Shown here in pieces: positions 18,342-21,710 of a DNA stretch of 21,710 bases. The stretch spans positions 1 to 21,710 of the forward strand of contig JBBRBK010000034.1 in assembly GCA_038205935.1 (NCBI GenBank), read 5' to 3'. A program made the position numbers and the translations under genes. A model generated the notes under the pieces. It saw only the letters and a list, made by a program, of their open reading frames with translations. It did no database searches and was not told the origin of the DNA. This DNA is from Campylobacterales bacterium. Lineage in GTDB: Bacteria > Campylobacterota > Campylobacteria > Campylobacterales > Sulfurimonadaceae. Position 1 is the first letter of the stretch; each line of letters starts with the position of its first letter.

Positions 18342-19517
18342 ATGCTTGAAGCAACACAATCGATTTTAAATCTTTTAGAAGACGACATAGATGATAATGT
18401 TTTATATTACGATTACAATGTAAGACATCTATTTTCTCTCATAAAAGAGGGTGTCCCAGAAGATGATAACAGATATTTAAGCTCATTTAGATCTTTTGAG
18501 GGCGAAGTTTTTGAAAACTACATGTATGAGAAACTTTTAGCTTATGTTACGGTGCAAGATGAAGTCGATAAATTTGTTCTTAAAGGGCATCATCAAAATA
18601 AAGATAAAGCGCTTGCAAATACGCTCTCCATAAGTGAAAAAGCGCAGATTGTTTATCGTACAAAGAGCAGAGAGATCGGAGAGTTTGATGCGTTGATCTT
18701 CACTAAAACTGAGCTTTATTTTGTAGAGATGACACTGGTTAAATCAGTACTCAAACTTAAAAAAAGGCTCAGAAAGAAGAAAGCGCTTTTAGAGACGATC
18801 TTTCCACAATATATAGTCAAATCTCTCATTATTCTCAATGAAGGTGTGAGTGGAGTGAAACAGCTTCCGGACTACTGTAAAGTTTGGATTACGAAACCTT
18901 TTTCATCCCAAAAAGTTTTAGATTATCTCAAAGATCCAAAAGCTTACGACAAAAAACCAAAAAAAGTTATAGAGAGTAAAAAACTCATAGAAGCTGAACG
19001 TTTGAGAGTTACGCCTTTTAAATACTATAATATCCTCTCGTGGATTACAAAGTCTTTGCGTCAAAACAAAGGGCAGCTTATCAATATGAAGTTTTTAAAG
19101 GAACCATTGACTCAAAGATATCATGATCTTTATACAAAGATATATCTTGGGTATATGAGTGCCTTAGAGTTTAAAAAGATCGTTTCTTTGGATATTGCAG
19201 AGGATCAACAAGTGGTCGTGGCGTTAGAGAAAAAACACTCAGATGAGATCGTTTTAACTTATTATGTCCAATACAGCAGAAAAAAACTTGACTACATCTC
19301 TTTTAATGATGATGGTGTTTTGAGTGTCGAGAGAAAAGATCCGTTTGGAATCACCGTGACTGAGGTTTATCACATAACGAAGTTTATGGATCAAAATTAT
19401 GAATTCAGTGCAAATAATATTAAGACAATTAAAAAACTGCTTTCTGAGAGTTTTAAAAAATCTTTGTATCTATCGAGTGTTTCATGCCCGAAGGGTCCTT
19501 CGCAAGTAAGCAATTAA
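18342..19517 (+). CDS. Hypothetical protein with a PD-(D/E)XK nuclease-like N-terminal domain
   Basis: 391-aa ORF with SD-like AGGGA. Motifs: G54xxFE58 helix, GEFD116ALIF, YFVE129MT. The fold assignment is by eye only. Confidence 0.6.
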   Translation: MLEATQSILNLLEDDIDDNVLYYDYNVRHLFSLIKEGVPEDDNRYLSSFRSFEGEVFENYMYEKLLAYVTVQDEVDKFVLKGHHQNKDKALANTLSISEKAQIVYRTKSREIGEFDALIFTKTELYFVEMTLVKSVLKLKKRLRKKKALLETIFPQYIVKSLIILNEGVSGVKQLPDYCKVWITKPFSSQKVLDYLKDPKAYDKKPKKVIESKKLIEAERLRVTPFKYYNILSWITKSLRQNKGQLINMKFLKEPLTQRYHDLYTKIYLGYMSALEFKKIVSLDIAEDQQVVVALEKKHSDEIVLTYYVQYSRKKLDYISFNDDGVLSVERKDPFGITVTEVYHITKFMDQNYEFSANNIKTIKKLLSESFKKSLYLSSVSCPKGPSQVSN

Positions 19518-19600
19518 GCAGAGTTTTGACCTCCGCTTAAAACCCACTTTGTAGTAAACTTATAATCTATCATCAGCCAAGCGACCGTTTTGTCGTTAGT
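19485..19600 (-). other. Structured element (REP/MITE-like repeat or small RNA) overlapping the 3' end of the upstream CDS
   Basis: Hairpins at 19489-19502, 19504-19549 and 19577-19599. The latter two contain five G-U pairs on the minus strand that are A/C mismatches on +. The segment looks more GC-rich than the flanking intergenic DNA. Confidence 0.5.
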
Positions 19601-19757
19601 AAAATCCAAAATCTGCAACCTATTCTTATTTCTTTCTCTATTACTTAATTTTACATAAACTATTTTTACGGCAAAAAGACGTCTTTAATTGTATTCTGAA
19701 TAATCAGAAAATTGATTAAATTTTAACCAATATCAAGCTTAATTTTACATTAATTAG

Positions 19758-19789
19758 TGTTATAGTTTTTAAATATAAATTATAAGGTG
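19758..19789 (+). promoter_or_regulatory. Putative extended -10 promoter and ribosome-binding site of the nitrate reductase gene
   Basis: TGt-TATAGT at 19758-19766; AAGGTG at 19784-19789, 4 nt before the ATG at 19794. Confidence 0.5.
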
Positions 19790-19793
19790 TAAG

Positions 19794-21710
19794 ATGATTA
19801 AGTCAGTTTGTGGATATTGCGGTGTCGGATGCGGTTTGGAATATGATGAAAAAAGTTTAATAGGTAATGTCACATATCCCGTAAACTTTGGAAGTGTCTG
19901 TTCTAAAGGTGTTTCAGAACTTGTAAGTATACAAACTGAGTCAAGACTTTTGAGACCGATGATGCGTGAAAATATTGACGAAGAATTGCTTACATGTAAG
20001 TGGGAAGATGCCCTCTCTCTCATTGCAAAAAAGATTCAAAATACAGCCAAAGAAAAAATCGGTTTTTATCTCTCTGGTCAGCTTTTAACGGAGGATTATT
20101 ATATTGCCAATAAACTTGGTAAAGGGTTTATAGGCACTGGAAATGTAGATACAAACAGTCGTACATGTATGTCAAGTGCCGTAGTCGCGTACAAAAAAAG
20201 CATCGGCGCGGATTTTGTGCCGCTTCGTATGAATGATATCTTCAAAGCTGACCTGCTTATCTTAGCTGGAGCTAACACCGCTGAAGCGCATGTCGTGTTT
20301 CATAACCGAATCAAAAAAGCAAAAAAAGAGGGTTTAAAAGTAGTCGTCATTGATCCAAGAAACACAGATACGGCAAAAATCGCTGATATCTACCTGCCTA
20401 TAAAAGTCGGAGGCGATATTGATTTTTTCAACCTCATTTCAAAACGTCTTATCGATGAAGAGCTTTATAATAAAGAATTTGTAGAAAATCATATCAACAA
20501 CTTTGAACTCTTAAAAAATAAATTCAAGCGCGCACCAGTCACAAAAATGCTCAAACGTACAGGGCTAACACAAGAGCAGTTTGATGAGTTTTTTGAGCTC
20601 TATAAAAAAAGTGAAAATATCATCACCGCATGGACGATGGGACTCAACCAATCCGTTCAAGGCGTGGATAAAAATCTCGCTCTTCTTAATACGCATCTTT
20701 TAACTGGCAAAATATTTAAAGAAGGAAATGGTCCGCTCAGCCTTACAGGTCAGCCAAATGCGATGGGCGGACGCGAGGTAGGAGGGCTTTGCACAACACT
20801 TGCTGTGCATCTTGGCTTTGATAAAGAAAGTGTAAAAAAAGTAAGTAAGTTTTGGAAAAGTGAAAATGTGGCAACAAGTGCTGGACTTACCGCTACGCAA
20901 ATGCTTGAAGCCAATCTTGATGTACTTATTATCTGTCATACTGATCCGATTTATCATCTTCCAAATCGAAATAAGATGGAGCAACTTATCAAAAAAATCC
21001 CTTTTGTTGTAGAGATAAATGCCTATGAAAACTCTGAAACAGCGAAGTATGCACAAGTAAGACTTCCGGCTTCTCCTTGGGGGGAGAAAGAGGGCACTCA
21101 GACCAACTTGGATAGAACTATCACACGTCAAGAACGCCTCACTCGTCAGTCTATAGACTCAAAACCTGATTGGGAGATATTTCAGCTCATAGCTCAAGAA
21201 CTTGGATTCAAAGAGGCTTTTAATTTTAAAAATCCTAAAGAGATATTTGAGGAATATCAAGAGATGACAAAACTCAACGGGTATATGGATATCCATAAAG
21301 CGGATTATGATGAGCTTTCTAACAATGCATTTATCTGGGGAGAGGAGATAAAAGGGTTTTTAACACCTGATAAAAAAGGGAATCTCTTCTTTGTGGAAAA
21401 CAAGCTTTTGAGTGAGAAAACTTCTCTTGAATATCCCTTTATACTTTTAACAGGTCGAACACGAGATCAGTGGCACAGCGGAACAAAAACAAATCTTCCC
21501 GCAACACTTTTAAAGTTTAAAGAACTCAGCTTTTGTGAGATACATCCTCATGATGCGCAAAAACTTCATATCAAAGATGGAGATGCTATCAAAGTAGTTT
21601 CAAAACGCGGTGAACTTTTTACGAAAGCTCTTGTCACTGCGAATATTAATGAAAAAAATATTTTCATTCCCATCAGTAACAGAGATATTAATTATCTCAC
21701 TTTAGATCTC
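19794..21710 (+). CDS. nasA: Assimilatory nitrate reductase catalytic subunit (Mo-bisPGD, NasA/NarB type), 3' truncated by the window edge
   Basis: Translated by hand; open for 639 codons to the window end. MIKSVCGYCGVGC...CSKG [4Fe-4S] motif, FYLSGQLLTEDYY.ANKL.KG, DTNSRTCMSSA (Mo-ligand Cys125), AWTMGLNQS, LTGQPNAMGGRE, WGEKEGT.TN, TGRTRDQWHSGTKT. No twin-arginine signal peptide. Confidence 0.92.
   Translation, partial: MIKSVCGYCGVGCGLEYDEKSLIGNVTYPVNFGSVCSKGVSELVSIQTESRLLRPMMRENIDEELLTCKWEDALSLIAKKIQNTAKEKIGFYLSGQLLTEDYYIANKLGKGFIGTGNVDTNSRTCMSSAVVAYKKSIGADFVPLRMNDIFKADLLILAGANTAEAHVVFHNRIKKAKKEGLKVVVIDPRNTDTAKIADIYLPIKVGGDIDFFNLISKRLIDEELYNKEFVENHINNFELLKNKFKRAPVTKMLKRTGLTQEQFDEFFELYKKSENIITAWTMGLNQSVQGVDKNLALLNTHLLTGKIFKEGNGPLSLTGQPNAMGGREVGGLCTTLAVHLGFDKESVKKVSKFWKSENVATSAGLTATQMLEANLDVLIICHTDPIYHLPNRNKMEQLIKKIPFVVEINAYENSETAKYAQVRLPASPWGEKEGTQTNLDRTITRQERLTRQSIDSKPDWEIFQLIAQELGFKEAFNFKNPKEIFEEYQEMTKLNGYMDIHKADYDELSNNAFIWGEEIKGFLTPDKKGNLFFVENKLLSEKTSLEYPFILLTGRTRDQWHSGTKTNLPATLLKFKELSFCEIHPHDAQKLHIKDGDAIKVVSKRGELFTKALVTANINEKNIFIPISNRDINYLTLDL

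Noticed and set aside
19479..19576. Hammerhead ribozyme: the minus strand has CUGAUGA (19576-19570) and GAAAC (19483-19479)
   Set aside because: The bases flanking the two core motifs (U and U) cannot close stem II, and I found no complementary strand ending in a GUH/NUH site for stem III.
19514..19618. Minus-strand 34-aa ORF from TTG (MQILDFTNDKTVAWLMIDYKFTTKWVLSGGQNSA)
   Set aside because: Weak start, no well-spaced SD and no recognisable motif. It cannot be excluded without ribosome profiling or homologues.
19450..19640. 6S RNA, tmRNA, RNase P RNA, SRP RNA, or a Moco/c-di-GMP riboswitch
   Set aside because: None of their conserved motifs or end-to-end pairing is visible by eye. An Rfam scan would settle it.
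19668..19686. ANTAR (NasT/NasR) hairpin or sigma54 promoter at CGGCAAAAAGACGTC
   Set aside because: The loop is not a hexaloop with A1/G4, there is no second hairpin or terminator before the gene, and GG is not followed by GC at N10.
19769..21131. Minus-strand ORFs 19769-20023 and 20700-21131
   Set aside because: Both are antisense to the nitrate reductase frame starting at 19794.
1..21710. CRISPR array, tRNA/rRNA, transposase, integrase or prophage genes
   Set aside because: No repeat-spacer pattern, cloverleaf or mobile-element protein motifs; the intergenic gaps are short and were each read.

Overview
AT-rich chromosomal window, most likely from a free-living Campylobacterota (Sulfurimonas/Sulfuricurvum-like) organism. 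This is inferred from the epsilon-type RecO, the accD-rlmH-dksA-dusB gene cluster and gnTAnaAT-type promoters. Left to right: the 3' part of an EAL (c-di-GMP phosphodiesterase) gene; a convergent 870-aa soluble protein built from two repeated helical+Cache-like modules and a C-terminal CheW domain; htpG, with a near-consensus HspR (HAIR-like) operator; a membrane-anchored REC protein with a His-less Hpt-like domain; recO; a tightly packed divergent run gltB-gltD-inositol monophosphatase family-accD-thiE-rlmH-dksA-membrane protein, then dusB and an unknown protein with PD-(D/E)XK-like motifs; a structured element that folds better on the minus strand; and an assimilatory nitrate reductase catalytic subunit that runs off the window (absent from the supplied ORF track). 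I found no tRNA, rRNA, CRISPR array or transposase. Most of the window is housekeeping. The best candidates for undescribed biology are the duplicated Cache-CheW protein, the nuclease-like gene with its overlapping structured element, and the HAIR pair at htpG.
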